NCBI GenBank assembly: GCA_963764165.1
Contig: CAVXRD010000004.1
Span: 464,164-528,163, forward strand
Direction of reading: 5' to 3'
Length of the DNA: 64,000 bases
Source of the DNA: an uncultured Verrucomicrobiae bacterium
GTDB taxonomy: Bacteria > Verrucomicrobiota > Verrucomicrobiia > Limisphaerales > Palsa-1400
Made by a program: the position numbers and the translations under genes
In this document: piece after piece, positions 52,984 to 64,000 of the stretch
Numbering within the stretch: position 1 is the first letter of the stretch
Layout: each line of letters starts with the position of its first letter
Notes under the pieces: model-generated
Seen by the model: only the letters and a program-made list of their open reading frames with translations
The model's database searches: none
What the model was told of the DNA's origin: nothing

Positions 52984-54984
52984 ATGATTGAAACCAAATT
53001 CAGGCGCGGTTGTCCCCTCCTCGTTCTCACTCTTGCCCTGGCACAGTCCCATCTTTGCGCGTTCGCAGGTGATTTTACCCTGGAAAATGATCGGGTGACG
53101 GTCGTGGCTGTCTCGAAAGACGGACATCTCCTCCCCGGCAAATTGACGGATAAAAAAACCGGCGAGACGATCAGCCTGGGCGAGGATTTGTTCAGTTTGG
53201 TGCTCGATAATGCCAAACATATTCCGGCGGCGGGGTTCACGCTGGAGGGCGAGCCGAAGCTCGTGGAGTTGACGGCGAATCCGGCGGCTTCGCGGCGCGC
53301 CGAACAAATTGCCGGCCACGAACTCGTCGCGGAATTGAAATCGGCGGATGGCGATTTGAAAGTGACGTGGCGCGGGCAATTGCGTGATGGGTCGCGCTAC
53401 TTTCGGCAGGTCTTTACGTTCACCGCCGGGGCGAAGGAAGTTCCGCTCAGCGGGATTCTTTTGACGGAATTGAATATGCCGGGCGGCCACGCCACGGGCA
53501 CGGTCGACGGTTCGCCGGTGGCGACGGACACCATGTTTTTCGGGGCCGAACATCCCCTTTCCATCAATCGCGGAGAAATGGGTTACATTCGCTGCTTCGT
53601 GCCGCGAGGCGCATCGTTGTTGCCGGGCGAAAGTTATTCGTGCTCGTCGGTGGCGGGTTTCGTGACGAAGGGCCAGTTGCGGCGCGATTTTCTCACCTAC
53701 CTCGAACGCGAACGCGCGCATCCCTATCGCCTGTTCCTGCATTACAATTCCTGGTACGACATCGGCTATTTCAGCAAATACGACGAAGCGGCGGCGCTGA
53801 ACGTGATCAATGCATTCGGCGAGGAATTGACGGTCAAGCGCGGGGTGAAACTTGATTCCGCGATGTTCGACGACGGCTGGGACAATCCCGAGACGCTCTG
53901 GCAATTTGACAAGACGAATTTCCCCAATGGCTTCGCCCCGATCAAGGCCGCGGCCGCAAAATACGGATTCGCGCCCGGCATCTGGCTCTCGCCGTGGGGC
54001 GGCTATGGCCAGCCGCACGCGGATCGCATCAAATTTGGGCAGGCCAACGGCTTCGAGACGCGCGACGGGAATTTCACCCTGGCCGGTCCCAAATATTACG
54101 AGCGTTTCCGCGCCTTGTGCGTGGATGTCGTCAAGAAATACGGCATCAACCAATTCAAGTTTGACGGCATTGGCCAGAACACCGGGACGGGCGGCGGCGG
54201 CGCGCAGAGGGATTTTGACGCCATGCTCAAACTCATCGCGGAATTGCGCGCGATGAAGCCGGATTTGTATGTCAATCAAACGACGGGCACCTGGCCGTCG
54301 CCGTTCTGGCTGCTTTTCGCCGATTCCATATGGCGCGGCGGCGAGGATCATTCGTTTGTCCCCGGGACGGCGCCCGAACGCGAGCGGTGGATTACCTACA
54401 AAGACAACGATGTGCATGACGAGGTCGTGGGCCGGAGCGATTTGTATCCGCTGAATTCCCTGATGCTGCACGGCATTATTTACGCCAAGAAAGCCCATGG
54501 CTTGAATCACGACACCAATAACGTTTTCAAATCCGAGGTGCGCGCGATGTTCGGCAACGGCACCCAATTGCAGGAGATGTATATCACGCCCGCCCTGCTC
54601 ACGCCCGCGAACTGGGATGCTTTGGCCGAAGCCGCGAAATGGTCGCGCGAAAATTCAGACACTCTGGTGGACACGCATTGGGTTGGCGGCTCGCCAGCAG
54701 ACGGAGAAGTCTACGGCTGGGCCTCATGGTCGCCGAAGAAAGGCATCCTAACCTTGCGCAATCCGACGGCAAATCCGCGGCAAATCAAAATCGATCCCGC
54801 AAAAGTTTTTGAGCTGCCGGAAAGTGCGGCGACTTCCTACACCATCGCCAATCCGTTCAAGGATCAAAGCGTCAGCGTGACCCGACTCGAAGCAACCAAA
54901 GACACGGTCTTCAAGCTCAAACCGTTTGAAGTGCTGGTCGTCGAGGCGCTGCCGGAGAGAGCCCAGCCCACCACTGCCCGGTAA
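52984..54984 (+). CDS. secreted glycoside hydrolase, alpha-galactosidase-like (clan GH-D TIM barrel suspected)
   Basis: Signal peptide. YNSWYD...FDDGWD...FPNGF...GIWLSPWG...KFDGIG is a motif series like GH27/36-type enzymes. Confidence 0.6.
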   Translation: MIETKFRRGCPLLVLTLALAQSHLCAFAGDFTLENDRVTVVAVSKDGHLLPGKLTDKKTGETISLGEDLFSLVLDNAKHIPAAGFTLEGEPKLVELTANPAASRRAEQIAGHELVAELKSADGDLKVTWRGQLRDGSRYFRQVFTFTAGAKEVPLSGILLTELNMPGGHATGTVDGSPVATDTMFFGAEHPLSINRGEMGYIRCFVPRGASLLPGESYSCSSVAGFVTKGQLRRDFLTYLERERAHPYRLFLHYNSWYDIGYFSKYDEAAALNVINAFGEELTVKRGVKLDSAMFDDGWDNPETLWQFDKTNFPNGFAPIKAAAAKYGFAPGIWLSPWGGYGQPHADRIKFGQANGFETRDGNFTLAGPKYYERFRALCVDVVKKYGINQFKFDGIGQNTGTGGGGAQRDFDAMLKLIAELRAMKPDLYVNQTTGTWPSPFWLLFADSIWRGGEDHSFVPGTAPERERWITYKDNDVHDEVVGRSDLYPLNSLMLHGIIYAKKAHGLNHDTNNVFKSEVRAMFGNGTQLQEMYITPALLTPANWDALAEAAKWSRENSDTLVDTHWVGGSPADGEVYGWASWSPKKGILTLRNPTANPRQIKIDPAKVFELPESAATSYTIANPFKDQSVSVTRLEATKDTVFKLKPFEVLVVEALPERAQPTTAR

Positions 54985-55017
54985 AAAAATCGCCGCCGGA
55001 CAAATTGATTTCTGAAA

Positions 55018-58000
55018 ATGAGGCGTTTCAATCCGGCTGGCTGCATTTTTGCGATGGCATTGGCGGTGTTGAATCCGCCCGAATGCTTTGCGCAGTATCA
55101 TAACTTCAACGTCACGAGCGGTTCGGACTGCATCATGCAGGATTATCGCTCGCCGGATGTTCCGCCGGGGATTTACGACGCGATCCATGAAGAAAATGTG
55201 ACGAGCTCGGATAGCGGCGCGGGCTATTTTTACGGCGGGTTCACGCACCAAAATCAACTTCCGAACGGCAGCTTCGGCACTCTCGTGCAGTACGTCTGCT
55301 GGCCGGCCACCGGCGGCTACGCGCCGTACTCGCAGCAGATTCCGTTTTTTGCCGGGACGAACATGGTGGGTTACCCGCAGATTGGCGAAGGGAGCAGTTG
55401 CGCGATCAAAGGTTATTGGCCGCAGTTCACCAGCAATTTGTGGACGCGCGAAGCGGTTCGCTATTGGCTTCCGTCCGACGGCACTCCGCACTTGGGTTAT
55501 CAAGGCATGTGGATCAAGGATCCCGTCACAGCTAATTGGGATCACGTCGGCACGTTTCTGTATCCGTTCGCAGTTACGGGCGTGACGGGCATGAGCGGTT
55601 GGCAGGAGAATTTCTCAGGCTACACCGGCGATTACAAAGTGAACCACGCCAACGGTTATTACCACATTAACGGGGCGTGGCATATGGCCAACCAAATCCA
55701 ATACACCAGCGCGGGGTATGTGTATTTGATTAACACGAACGCTGCTTCTGAATCTGACGTTGGTCACGACTACACGAATTCTTACAACAACCCGCAAACG
55801 TTGATTATGAGCGGCCAGCCGTCTGCGCCGACGTTTGACCCCATCATCGTCACCAATTTCGCTGCCTCCGTTTACGGCAGCCAGTTGCTTGTGCAATGGC
55901 AGCTTCCCCTGTCCAGTTCGCCGCAATTGAGTTATCGCGTGGATGTGTTCAACAACTCCGCGTATTCGGGAATCGCCTCGCTCAGTTACAACAACAACGA
56001 CCCGGAGGCACGGCAGGTTTTGTTGACTCTGACGAATGTGGCCACGCCTTACGTTCGGTTGACGATTTCGGACATTTTCTTCAACACCAATGCGCCGATA
56101 TTGATCACACCGGCCCTTGCTTCTCCGAGCGCGGCGACAAATATTTCAGGCACGGTTGGCGGTTTGGCTTTTCAATACTATGAGTCCGCCAGCGGAGATT
56201 GGGGTTCGCTGCCGAACTTCAGCGCCCTCACGCCAATTTACACGGGCGCAGTTGGCTTCACCGATGTCACACCGCGCAGGCAGCGCACTGACTACGGTTT
56301 CAATTACAGCGGTTTCATCAACGCTCCCGCAACCGGCGTTTATGCGTTCTCCTTGCATTCTGGCGACGGCAGCGAATTGGTAATCGATGGAACCAATGTC
56401 ATCGACTTCGACGGTTTGCATGATTCCAGCCAATTCAAAAGCGGTGGCATTGCTTTGGCGGCCGGGCCGCACGCTTTCAATTTGCAATTCTTCAAGGGCG
56501 CGGCGAATCCCGTAAATTCCACTGCTTACACGGACGGAATTGGGCTGGCATGGCAAATCCCCGGCGCGACGGCGGCGGTCGACGTGCCGGCCTCGGCCTA
56601 TTCCCGCACTCCCGCCAATGGTGAACCCTTGATTGTTTTGACGGCCCCTCTGTCAAACTCCACTGTTCCGAATTTTAACCCCGGCCTAAGCGCAACTGTG
56701 AGGGCAAACGGCAATGCTGCGAACGGCGTCTTGTTTTATTTGACAGATTACTCGGCCTATTATGCGCATCCGGCTGCCGGAATGGATTATTATTTGGGCC
56801 GGGCGTCCACCACCCCGTATTCATTGAATTCCATGATCTGGAGCGCTCGAACGAATTTGGTTCGCGCGCGCCTGATTTACAATGGCACCAATATAATTGA
56901 CTCCGCGCCTGTGGGAATCGTCACCACGAATGGCTCGTTTGGCGCGTGGGCGTGGTCGCCGTTGGAGATGCACAATTATCCCTCTGGCGGGGCCATTCAG
57001 GGGAGCACGTTCTCGCTTCTTGGCGACGGGATGAATTTCATCAGCCGGAAAGTGACTGGCGACTCCACACTTGTCGCCCGTTTGGCCGGCCTTACCCCAA
57101 ATCAGCCGAGCCCCGACGGAGTTTCGCCAGGCGGCTCATGGCGGGCGGGAATTATTTTCAGAGGCACCACCAACGCGACCATCGGCCAACCGCTGGGCGA
57201 CGGCTCGACCACTCGCTTTGCAGCGCTTTTTAGCGCAGTGGAAGGCGGCACATATTATGAGAACGACACCATGCGCAACGGAAACGGCGATGCCAATGCC
57301 TGGTCCGGCAATCTCGGGAGCAGCTATACATGGTATAAAATTCAGCGGGCGGGCGACGTGTTCACGAGCTTCATTTCGGCTGACGGACAAAATTGGATTC
57401 AAGCGAACACCATTACCTTGACAGGGATCGGAACGAGCATTTACGCGGGGGTTTTCATCAACGCGGAGCAGTCGTTCAATCCGAACATCCATAGCGCCAG
57501 CTTCGATAGCTTTAGTTTGACAGGGACGAACGTTGCGGGAGCCGCGAGTGTATCAATCAGCCCCGCCACGAATTCGATCGTTGGCGGACAAGCAGCGACC
57601 TTCGCGGCCTCTGTCGTTGGTCCTGTCCCGGCCGGTTTTCAATGGCAATTGAACGGAACGAACATCGCCAGCGCGACCAATGCCACCTACTCCATCGCGA
57701 GCGTGACTGCGGCGAATGCGGGCACTTACACTGTCATCGCCAACGGAGTGACGAGCGCGCCTGCGTTGCTCACCATCTCCGCGCCGGCAGGTTCTGGCGT
57801 GTGGATCAACGGCGAGGGCGGGTCGTGGAGCGCGCCCGCCAATTGGAGCGGCGGATTAGCCGCTGGCGGGACGAACGCGGTCGGCGATTTCAGCACGCTC
57901 GAGCTCAGCCTCAATCCGACAGTGACCCTCAACACTCCAACGATGCTTGGCACTCTGGTATCGGACGACCAGAATCCATCTGTCAAACACAATTGGACTT

Positions 58001-60789
58001 ATGCGCCGACGGGTGGCGCGACGCTGACGCTGGCCGTGAGCAGCGGAACGCCGAATGTGTCAATTAAAAGCGCCACGAATTTTCTTGGCGCAGCCGTGGC
58101 GGGCGCGCAGGGATTCACCAAGACTGGCCCGGGCGATTTGACTCTCAGCGCGGCCAGCACGTTCACAGGCGGCGTGAGCGTCAGCGACGGCACGCTCGAA
58201 GTCCAAAACAAATCCGGCGACGTGACGTATTCCGTCGCGGCTGGGGCGACTTTGAAAATCGGCTACACGACAGGCGGCGGTTACGCGAACACGGGATTGA
58301 GCATTAGCGGCAACGGGGCTTCTGACCCGAGTGGCTTTTACCTCGCGGGCGGGCGCACCTACAATTGCAGTGGCGAGGTAATCTTGCAAGGCGCCCCTAC
58401 CACCATCCGGCAATACGGCTCCGGCCTCGCCAATCTTGGCACTTACGATATCAACGGAACCGGATTGTGGTGCACCTCGGCAGCGTCCGGCTCCGCCACA
58501 GACGCCAACGTGCAAATGGTCAGCGACGGCTACGGAATGTCCGTGCAAGTGGACCCCGGCGCGAACACCGCCACTGGCGATCTGACGATTAACGGGCCGC
58601 TGAATGTCGGGAGCCTCGGATTTTATCTGCGCGGAAATGGTTCAGTGCTTTTGAACGGAACAGCACCGGCGGGTAATGCGGCCTTGCAAATCACCAGCGG
58701 GACCGTCATTTGCGGAGCCGCGAATTGCATCGGCGCCAGCGCGGCGCTGATTATTTCTCCGGGAGCAACCCTCAATTTGAACGGCTTCAGCCAGACAATC
58801 GCCGCCTCCTCGGGCGCGGGAACAACATCGCTCGGAGGCAAGTTGCTGATGACCATCAACGGCGGCGCGTCGCCGGGCGGAAGCACGCTGGCTGTGCCGG
58901 GCGCGAATCCGCTCGCTTTCGGGGGCTCGCTCGTCGTTACAAACATCGGCGGCGCCCTCGCGGCAGGTCAAACCTTCACGCTCTTCACGGCCCAAAGTTA
59001 TTCGCGCGCGTTCACCAACTTCAGCTTGCCGACGCTGCCACCTGGATTGATCTGGCAGACTAATAATCTTCCGGTCAATGGTTCCATCTCCATCAATACC
59101 AACGGACTGAGCACTTGGAACGGGAACGGCAGCAATGCCAATTGGAGCACAGCGGCGAACTGGATTGGCTCGACTCCCGCCAATCAGAATTCCCTGATGT
59201 TCGCGGGAAACGCGCAGCAAACCAGCACCAATAATTTTCTATCGGCAGTCGGACAGGTCATTTTTTCCAACGGCGGATTCAGCCTCACAGGAAATGCGGT
59301 CTCAAGCTTATGGGGGATTGTCAATCAAGCAGGAAACAACACCTGGTCCATCCCAACCACGCTGAGTGCCGCCCAATCGTTCATTAGCAGCAATGGAACG
59401 CTCACCGTGGCTGGCGCGGTCGCGACTGGCGGAAATCTCCTGACGCTGGATGGGGCGGGCGCGATACAGATTGCCAACGCCATTTCCGGCGCGGGCGGTC
59501 TTCAGAAAAACGGAACTGGCACGGCTTCGCTCAATGTGCAAAACAGCTTCACCGGCGGCACGACCATAAACAGCGGGATTTTGAATTTAACCGGCGGAGG
59601 CGGCAGCAGCGGGACGATTCGCGGCGCCGTGACGGTCAATAGCGGCGGCATTCTCGAATTGAGCACTGCCGACGCAATTGGTTATGGCGGCGGCACGACC
59701 GCTTTGACGAATATCTCTCTGGCTGGCGGGACATTGAATGTCGCGACTTCTGTCAATCAAACACTCGGAAGCGCGATCATCAACTTGACAGGCGGCGCGA
59801 TCACGGGAAATGCGGGCGGCAATATCGATTTTTACGGCGGCGGCTCCGCTCTCAACAGCTGGGCCGCTTCCAAAACCTCCACGATAAGTGGCGTCCCGCT
59901 TTCCCCACTGCGGCAGGGAAGCACGACGTTCACCGTGCAAGCGGGGACGACGCCGTCTGGCATCGATTTGGATATTTCGTCGACTCTCCAAACATCGCCC
60001 AACGGAGACGCAAGCGGGGCGAGTCTTTACAAGGCAGGCAGCGGCACCCTCCGGCTTTCCGGCACAAATACCTACGCAAAACCTACCATCGTCAGCGCAG
60101 GGACCTTGTGGGTCACCGGTTCTCTCGGTGCTGCGAGCAGGCTTTCCATTGCCAAGGGCGCCACTTTAGGAGGAACCGGCGCAATCAACGGCCCCGCAAC
60201 CGTTCAAGCCGGCGGCATGCTGACCGTCGGCACCAATAGCATCGGCACGCTCGCGTTCGGCTCCAGTCTAAACCTGGCGGGCAGCGCATGGATGAAGATC
60301 AGCCGAAATGGCGGGATGGCGACCAACGACTTGGCTCTCGTGGCGGGACAATTGGCGGAAGCGGGCACTTTGATCGTTACGAATGCGGGCACGAATCTCC
60401 CCGCCCTGGGCGATAGCTACAAGCTATTTTCAGCGGCGCAATTCTCGGGATCATTCACGAATTTCAATCTCCCCACCCTGCCCTCAACTTTGCTATGGAG
60501 CACATCGAACCTCGCCGCCAGCGGAGTTCTGCTGGTCGTGACAAATCCGCCGGTCACTAGCATGGCGCCCGCGGATATTAATTTCAGCCTCGCTGGATCG
60601 ACCCTGACGTTGTCATGGCCAGTCGATCACGTCGGGTGGGCGCTGCTGGCGCAAACCAACAACTTGCAGTTCGGCCTCAGCCTTGATTCCAACGATTGGG
60701 GTGCGGTCAGCGATTCCACGAGCACGAATGCCGTTACGGTCCGCGTGTCAGCCACCAACAATGGCTACTATCGACTGGTTTATCCGTGA
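55018..60789 (+). CDS. giant surface protein: DUF3472-like N-domain, PA14, Ig-like domains, autotransporter-associated beta-strand repeats
   Basis: Signal peptide. PA14-like segment GLAFQYYES...[15 protein letters not shown]. Ig-like segment [33 protein letters not shown]. Many G(G)xLTLSGxNTYTGGTxVxxGTL-type repeats. Confidence 0.85.
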   Translation: MRRFNPAGCIFAMALAVLNPPECFAQYHNFNVTSGSDCIMQDYRSPDVPPGIYDAIHEENVTSSDSGAGYFYGGFTHQNQLPNGSFGTLVQYVCWPATGGYAPYSQQIPFFAGTNMVGYPQIGEGSSCAIKGYWPQFTSNLWTREAVRYWLPSDGTPHLGYQGMWIKDPVTANWDHVGTFLYPFAVTGVTGMSGWQENFSGYTGDYKVNHANGYYHINGAWHMANQIQYTSAGYVYLINTNAASESDVGHDYTNSYNNPQTLIMSGQPSAPTFDPIIVTNFAASVYGSQLLVQWQLPLSSSPQLSYRVDVFNNSAYSGIASLSYNNNDPEARQVLLTLTNVATPYVRLTISDIFFNTNAPILITPALASPSAATNISGTVGGLAFQYYESASGDWGSLPNFSALTPIYTGAVGFTDVTPRRQRTDYGFNYSGFINAPATGVYAFSLHSGDGSELVIDGTNVIDFDGLHDSSQFKSGGIALAAGPHAFNLQFFKGAANPVNSTAYTDGIGLAWQIPGATAAVDVPASAYSRTPANGEPLIVLTAPLSNSTVPNFNPGLSATVRANGNAANGVLFYLTDYSAYYAHPAAGMDYYLGRASTTPYSLNSMIWSARTNLVRARLIYNGTNIIDSAPVGIVTTNGSFGAWAWSPLEMHNYPSGGAIQGSTFSLLGDGMNFISRKVTGDSTLVARLAGLTPNQPSPDGVSPGGSWRAGIIFRGTTNATIGQPLGDGSTTRFAALFSAVEGGTYYENDTMRNGNGDANAWSGNLGSSYTWYKIQRAGDVFTSFISADGQNWIQANTITLTGIGTSIYAGVFINAEQSFNPNIHSASFDSFSLTGTNVAGAASVSISPATNSIVGGQAATFAASVVGPVPAGFQWQLNGTNIASATNATYSIASVTAANAGTYTVIANGVTSAPALLTISAPAGSGVWINGEGGSWSAPANWSGGLAAGGTNAVGDFSTLELSLNPTVTLNTPTMLGTLVSDDQNPSVKHNWTYAPTGGATLTLAVSSGTPNVSIKSATNFLGAAVAGAQGFTKTGPGDLTLSAASTFTGGVSVSDGTLEVQNKSGDVTYSVAAGATLKIGYTTGGGYANTGLSISGNGASDPSGFYLAGGRTYNCSGEVILQGAPTTIRQYGSGLANLGTYDINGTGLWCTSAASGSATDANVQMVSDGYGMSVQVDPGANTATGDLTINGPLNVGSLGFYLRGNGSVLLNGTAPAGNAALQITSGTVICGAANCIGASAALIISPGATLNLNGFSQTIAASSGAGTTSLGGKLLMTINGGASPGGSTLAVPGANPLAFGGSLVVTNIGGALAAGQTFTLFTAQSYSRAFTNFSLPTLPPGLIWQTNNLPVNGSISINTNGLSTWNGNGSNANWSTAANWIGSTPANQNSLMFAGNAQQTSTNNFLSAVGQVIFSNGGFSLTGNAVSSLWGIVNQAGNNTWSIPTTLSAAQSFISSNGTLTVAGAVATGGNLLTLDGAGAIQIANAISGAGGLQKNGTGTASLNVQNSFTGGTTINSGILNLTGGGGSSGTIRGAVTVNSGGILELSTADAIGYGGGTTALTNISLAGGTLNVATSVNQTLGSAIINLTGGAITGNAGGNIDFYGGGSALNSWAASKTSTISGVPLSPLRQGSTTFTVQAGTTPSGIDLDISSTLQTSPNGDASGASLYKAGSGTLRLSGTNTYAKPTIVSAGTLWVTGSLGAASRLSIAKGATLGGTGAINGPATVQAGGMLTVGTNSIGTLAFGSSLNLAGSAWMKISRNGGMATNDLALVAGQLAEAGTLIVTNAGTNLPALGDSYKLFSAAQFSGSFTNFNLPTLPSTLLWSTSNLAASGVLLVVTNPPVTSMAPADINFSLAGSTLTLSWPVDHVGWALLAQTNNLQFGLSLDSNDWGAVSDSTSTNAVTVRVSATNNGYYRLVYP

Positions 60790-60845
60790 AATTGGGACGC
60801 AGTCGGGCGGGGCCAATGAACGTCGACAGCAATCTCCACTGTCAG

Positions 60846-61047
60846 CATCCCGGCAGGGATGCAGGAGTGTAGCCGGTGGTTGAGCGAAGCGACACCACCG
60901 GAAAATGTCCTAAAAATCCTCCCGCATCCTGAAAGGATGCCAGCCGCAGCACGCTGTCATCCCTGCCGGGATGAATCATTGTTATCGCTTTTTCCGGTGG
61001 TGTCGCTTCGCTCAACCACCGGCTACACTCTGTGATGCCTCCGGCAT
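60846..61047. repeat. cluster of REP-like palindromes including a perfect 40-bp inverted repeat
   Basis: 60866-60905 is the exact reverse complement of 60990-61029. Hairpins CATCCC-GGCA-GGGATG (60846-60861) and its inverted copy (60958-60973). Further hairpins GCATCC-TGAAA-GGATGC (60924-60940) and GATGCC-TCC-GGCATC (61033-61047). Confidence 0.75.
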
Positions 61048-61216
61048 CTTCCGCGCAAGCCGTTTCGACGCTCCAGCAAATTAATCGGCGAGTCTCTCCC
61101 TACCGAAAATCAAGTTCCCGTGGGACGGCATACCACAAACTGCGTATATGATTCAATTGCGGGGAGTGTATAATTACAGGCGTGGGCAGCAAAACCAATT
61201 CGGTTCTAACGGCAGC

Positions 61217-62065
61217 ATGAGAATTGTATCCAAGAGGTTAGTCAACGCCAGAAAAACCAGGGGCCAAAGGGAAGCACGCGAGAGGCGAGGTTTCACTTTG
61301 ATCGAACTGCTGGTCGTCATTGCCATCATCGCCATACTTGCCTCCCTGCTCTTGCCGGCCTTGGCCACTGCCAAGCGCAAAGCGCAAGACATTCAGTGCC
61401 TCAATAATGGCAAGCAGATCGTCCTCTCCATGAAGATGTACGTCAACGACTCGGCGGACATGATGATCAGCTACAATGACCCGAGCGGGGCTTACACTCT
61501 GTGGGTCGGCCGGCTGCAATCCAACTACAGCCAGCTTGCGCAATCCCGCCTCTGCCCCGCCACACGCGATCCAAATCCGTGGGTCGAGCAGCAACCCGCC
61601 TCCACCAGCGATGGCAACGGCGGCTTGGGAGTGGCCGATTACACTTGGAACTGGGGGGTCTACAGCGCGTCGGCCTATCATGGGAGCTATGGCATCAACG
61701 CCTGGTGCTATTCGGGGCTCGACGGCAGTTCGAGCTACTTTGACAAGGAAGCAAACGTGACCAAACCGGCGACAACGCCCTATTTTTCCGACTCCATCTG
61801 GATCGACGGCGGGCCTCTCGAAGCGGATACTCCCGCTCGGAATTTGTATACCGGCGCCGACGATGAAGACATGGAACGCATCACCATCGCAAGGCACGGC
61901 ATCAATCCCGGTCGCGCCCCAAGAAACGTCCCGGCGGGAACATTCTTAGTGGGCATGATTAACCTTGGTTTCGTCGACGGGCATGTCGAAGCGAAGCGCC
62001 TGGAAGATTTGTGGAGCCTCACCTGGCGCAAGGGCTGGGTGCAGCCGAACCCGCGCCCAAAGTAG
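61217..62065 (+). CDS. prepilin-type N-terminal cleavage/methylation domain protein (DUF1559-like)
   Basis: [36 protein letters not shown]-terminal FVDGHVE motif. Start taken at MRIVSKR (61148 is an alternative). Confidence 0.75.
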   Translation: MRIVSKRLVNARKTRGQREARERRGFTLIELLVVIAIIAILASLLLPALATAKRKAQDIQCLNNGKQIVLSMKMYVNDSADMMISYNDPSGAYTLWVGRLQSNYSQLAQSRLCPATRDPNPWVEQQPASTSDGNGGLGVADYTWNWGVYSASAYHGSYGINAWCYSGLDGSSSYFDKEANVTKPATTPYFSDSIWIDGGPLEADTPARNLYTGADDEDMERITIARHGINPGRAPRNVPAGTFLVGMINLGFVDGHVEAKRLEDLWSLTWRKGWVQPNPRPK

Positions 62066-62188
62066 CGCCTCGCCGAGGCGTCCGAGGATGTGGCGTTGTT
62101 CGCGCGCGTTCGGACTTGGGAGAGTTCCCGGGACCCCTCGGCGAGGCGTCCCTGCCTTTGAGAGGCTTGCGTCGAACATTTTGTTTTA

Positions 62189-63445
62189 ATGAAAAAATTA
62201 ATCTTGCTCGCCTTGTGCCTGCTCGCTTCGTTTCAAGCGCGCGCTGAACTGCGCATCCCCGCCTTCACCGCCTATCTCGAACCCGATTCCGATGGCGCGC
62301 AAATCTCACGAAACTCCGGCATTAAAAATTGGACCGATCCCAGCGAGAAAGTTCTCTGGTTCGGGGAGATAAAAACGCCCGGAAATTTGAATTGCGTGCT
62401 GGAAGTGCAACTGCCGGCCGACGCGGAAACTAAGTTGCGCCTCACCGTCGGAGGAGAATCACGCGAAGCAACTGCCAAAGGAGCTGGAACCAACACAACG
62501 AAATTGGACTTTGGCTCGTTCAACATTGCCGCAGCGGGTTATCAGAAATTTACTCTGGAGTCCCTGAACGCAGCCGGGGCTTCAGCGGGGAACATCAAAG
62601 CGTTCGTGCTTTCGGGAGCAGCCACGGAAGGCGCGCATTTCAATTTGAAAGAGCGCCGCAATGCCGCTTCGGTCCATCTTTCTTACCCAACACCGGGCAT
62701 GACGAACATTGACGCGTTTTACTGCGAAGTCACCGGGGTGGAGACGCCGCTGTATAGTTATTTTGAAGCGTGCGGCTGGCATCGCGGATATTTCGGGATG
62801 CAAGTCAACAGCCCGACCGAGCGCCGGATCATTTTCAGCGTGTGGGACAGCGGCCACGAAGCCGTCAGCCGCGACAACGTGGGCCAGGACGACCGCGTGA
62901 CGCTGATCGCGAAGGGACCCGGAGTTTACAGCGGCGATTTCGGCAACGAAGGCACCGGCGGGCACAGCCATCTAGTCTACAATTGGAAAACTGGCGCCCA
63001 ACAGCGCTTCCTTGTCACAGCCAAGCCGACCGGCGCCACGCACACGATTTATGCCGGTTATTGGTTTCAACCGGATGAAAAGAAGTGGATGCTCATCTCC
63101 TCTTGGAAAGCGCCCAAAGACGGCCAATACTTGCACGGCCTTTACAGTTTCAATGAGGATTTCGCGGGCAGCAACGGCGAACTTCGCCGCAAAGCGCTTT
63201 TCGGAAATCAATGGTGCCACACCGCCGACGGGCAATGGCATGAGCAAATCACCGCAACGTTCAGCCATGACCCCACCGGAAAGACCGACCGGCTTGACCG
63301 CTTCATGGGGGTGGAGAACGGGCAATTCTTTCTATCCAATGGGGGCTTCATTTCCGGCTTTACCAAGTTCGGAGAAAAATTCGACCGCCCTCTGGCAGGC
63401 CCGGCCCCTCTGGACTTTGCCTTCTTGCCGTCGGGGATGAATTAG
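62189..63445 (+). CDS. secreted DUF5077/DUF3472-like protein
   Basis: Signal peptide MKKLILLALCLLASFQARA. GYFGMQVNSPTERRIIFSVWD...GNEGTGGHS...YAGYWF...SFNEDFAG fits the DUF3472 pattern. Confidence 0.65.
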   Translation: MKKLILLALCLLASFQARAELRIPAFTAYLEPDSDGAQISRNSGIKNWTDPSEKVLWFGEIKTPGNLNCVLEVQLPADAETKLRLTVGGESREATAKGAGTNTTKLDFGSFNIAAAGYQKFTLESLNAAGASAGNIKAFVLSGAATEGAHFNLKERRNAASVHLSYPTPGMTNIDAFYCEVTGVETPLYSYFEACGWHRGYFGMQVNSPTERRIIFSVWDSGHEAVSRDNVGQDDRVTLIAKGPGVYSGDFGNEGTGGHSHLVYNWKTGAQQRFLVTAKPTGATHTIYAGYWFQPDEKKWMLISSWKAPKDGQYLHGLYSFNEDFAGSNGELRRKALFGNQWCHTADGQWHEQITATFSHDPTGKTDRLDRFMGVENGQFFLSNGGFISGFTKFGEKFDRPLAGPAPLDFAFLPSGMN

Positions 63446-63766
63446 GACATGCAATTCAGTGGCGCGCGAAGCGCTTGCTCGATCTTTTTGCGCAATGATT
63501 TCGTTGTTCGCCGCTGGCGGGTCCCCGCAGGACATGCACGCGGCTCACTCCTCGCATTTGCGCAAAAATCTGCGTCGCAATGGCTTCCCTGTCAACTGAG
63601 TGGTTGCGGCTGCAGGTAGTCCGAAAATCCCGGTGAATTGTATTGACACCCCATACACTTCCTGTTGAGGTAGGCAACAGCCAATAAGCCATAACCTTTT
63701 CCCGGTCTCGGTCGAAAAAGAGTTTGGCGGCTCAATTTTGGCACCCGTCAAGAGTTATAAGACATT

Positions 63767-64000
63767 ATGAATCAGCCACCTTCATTTCGCGCCAGCATAG
63801 TGATGCTACTCGCCTTCCTGGCACTTGCGGTTGAACCAGCAAATGCCGACACGGTAAGCTGGGTCAATACTACCGGCGGAAATTGGAGTTTGGGCGCCAA
63901 CTGGAGCACTGGCCAGGCGCCCGGCCCCGGCGACACGGCAATTATCGATGCGCCAGGAACTTACAATGTAACCCTCGACACCGGTGTCACCATCGCCGGC
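63767..64000 (+). CDS. 5' part of a secreted autotransporter-associated beta-strand repeat protein (continues beyond the window)
   Basis: MNQPPSFRASIVMLLAFLALAVEPANA signal peptide, then DTVSWVNTTGGNWSLGANWSTGQAPGPGDTAII, typical of this family. Confidence 0.6.
   Translation, partial: MNQPPSFRASIVMLLAFLALAVEPANADTVSWVNTTGGNWSLGANWSTGQAPGPGDTAIIDAPGTYNVTLDTGVTIAG

Noticed and set aside
52852-54567. 571-aa ORF on the minus strand
   Set aside because: It is antisense to the glycoside hydrolase gene, which has a signal peptide and recognisable motifs. The antisense product is Arg-rich with no motifs.

Overview
This is a 64-kb window from a GC-rich genome of the PVC superphylum, with gene content resembling Verrucomicrobiota: Gloeo_Verruco (GloVer)/PKD secreted proteins, giant proteins with autotransporter-associated beta-strand repeats, DUF1559-type prepilins and many REP-like hairpins. 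All domain and family names come from reading the translations by eye; no searches were run.

- **1-21.3 kb:** the structural/late half of a lambda-like siphovirus prophage. It encodes portal, S49 prohead protease, scaffold, capsid, tail tube, tape measure, a 1689-aa tail fibre with a pectate-lyase-like domain, and membrane/lipoprotein genes. It also carries two antisense moron cassettes (a glycosyltransferase-like gene and a ribbon-helix-helix (RHH) pair). A TGCCGTAA box sits 25-28 nt upstream of seven start codons.
- **22-35.4 kb:** host core genes. These are an alpha-2-macroglobulin with a 6-TM insert at the bait-region position, tex, an ABC-F ATPase, tRNA-Arg(TCT), a LuxR-type response regulator and a propeller histidine kinase.
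- **35.8-52.8 kb:** a mosaic accessory island.
  - An ISL3 element with an 8-bp target-site duplication (TSD) is inserted into a phased hexamer array. A second array lies inside a MITE-like derivative.
  - It also holds an unassigned 533-aa protein, decayed toxin-antitoxin modules, a duplicated relB, and a relB-mazF pair.
  - An AT-richer insert carries a SIR2-like/P-loop STAND protein convergent with a DUF6602-like protein. This is the best candidate for an undescribed defence locus.
- **53-64 kb:** secreted glycan-related proteins and giant surface proteins.
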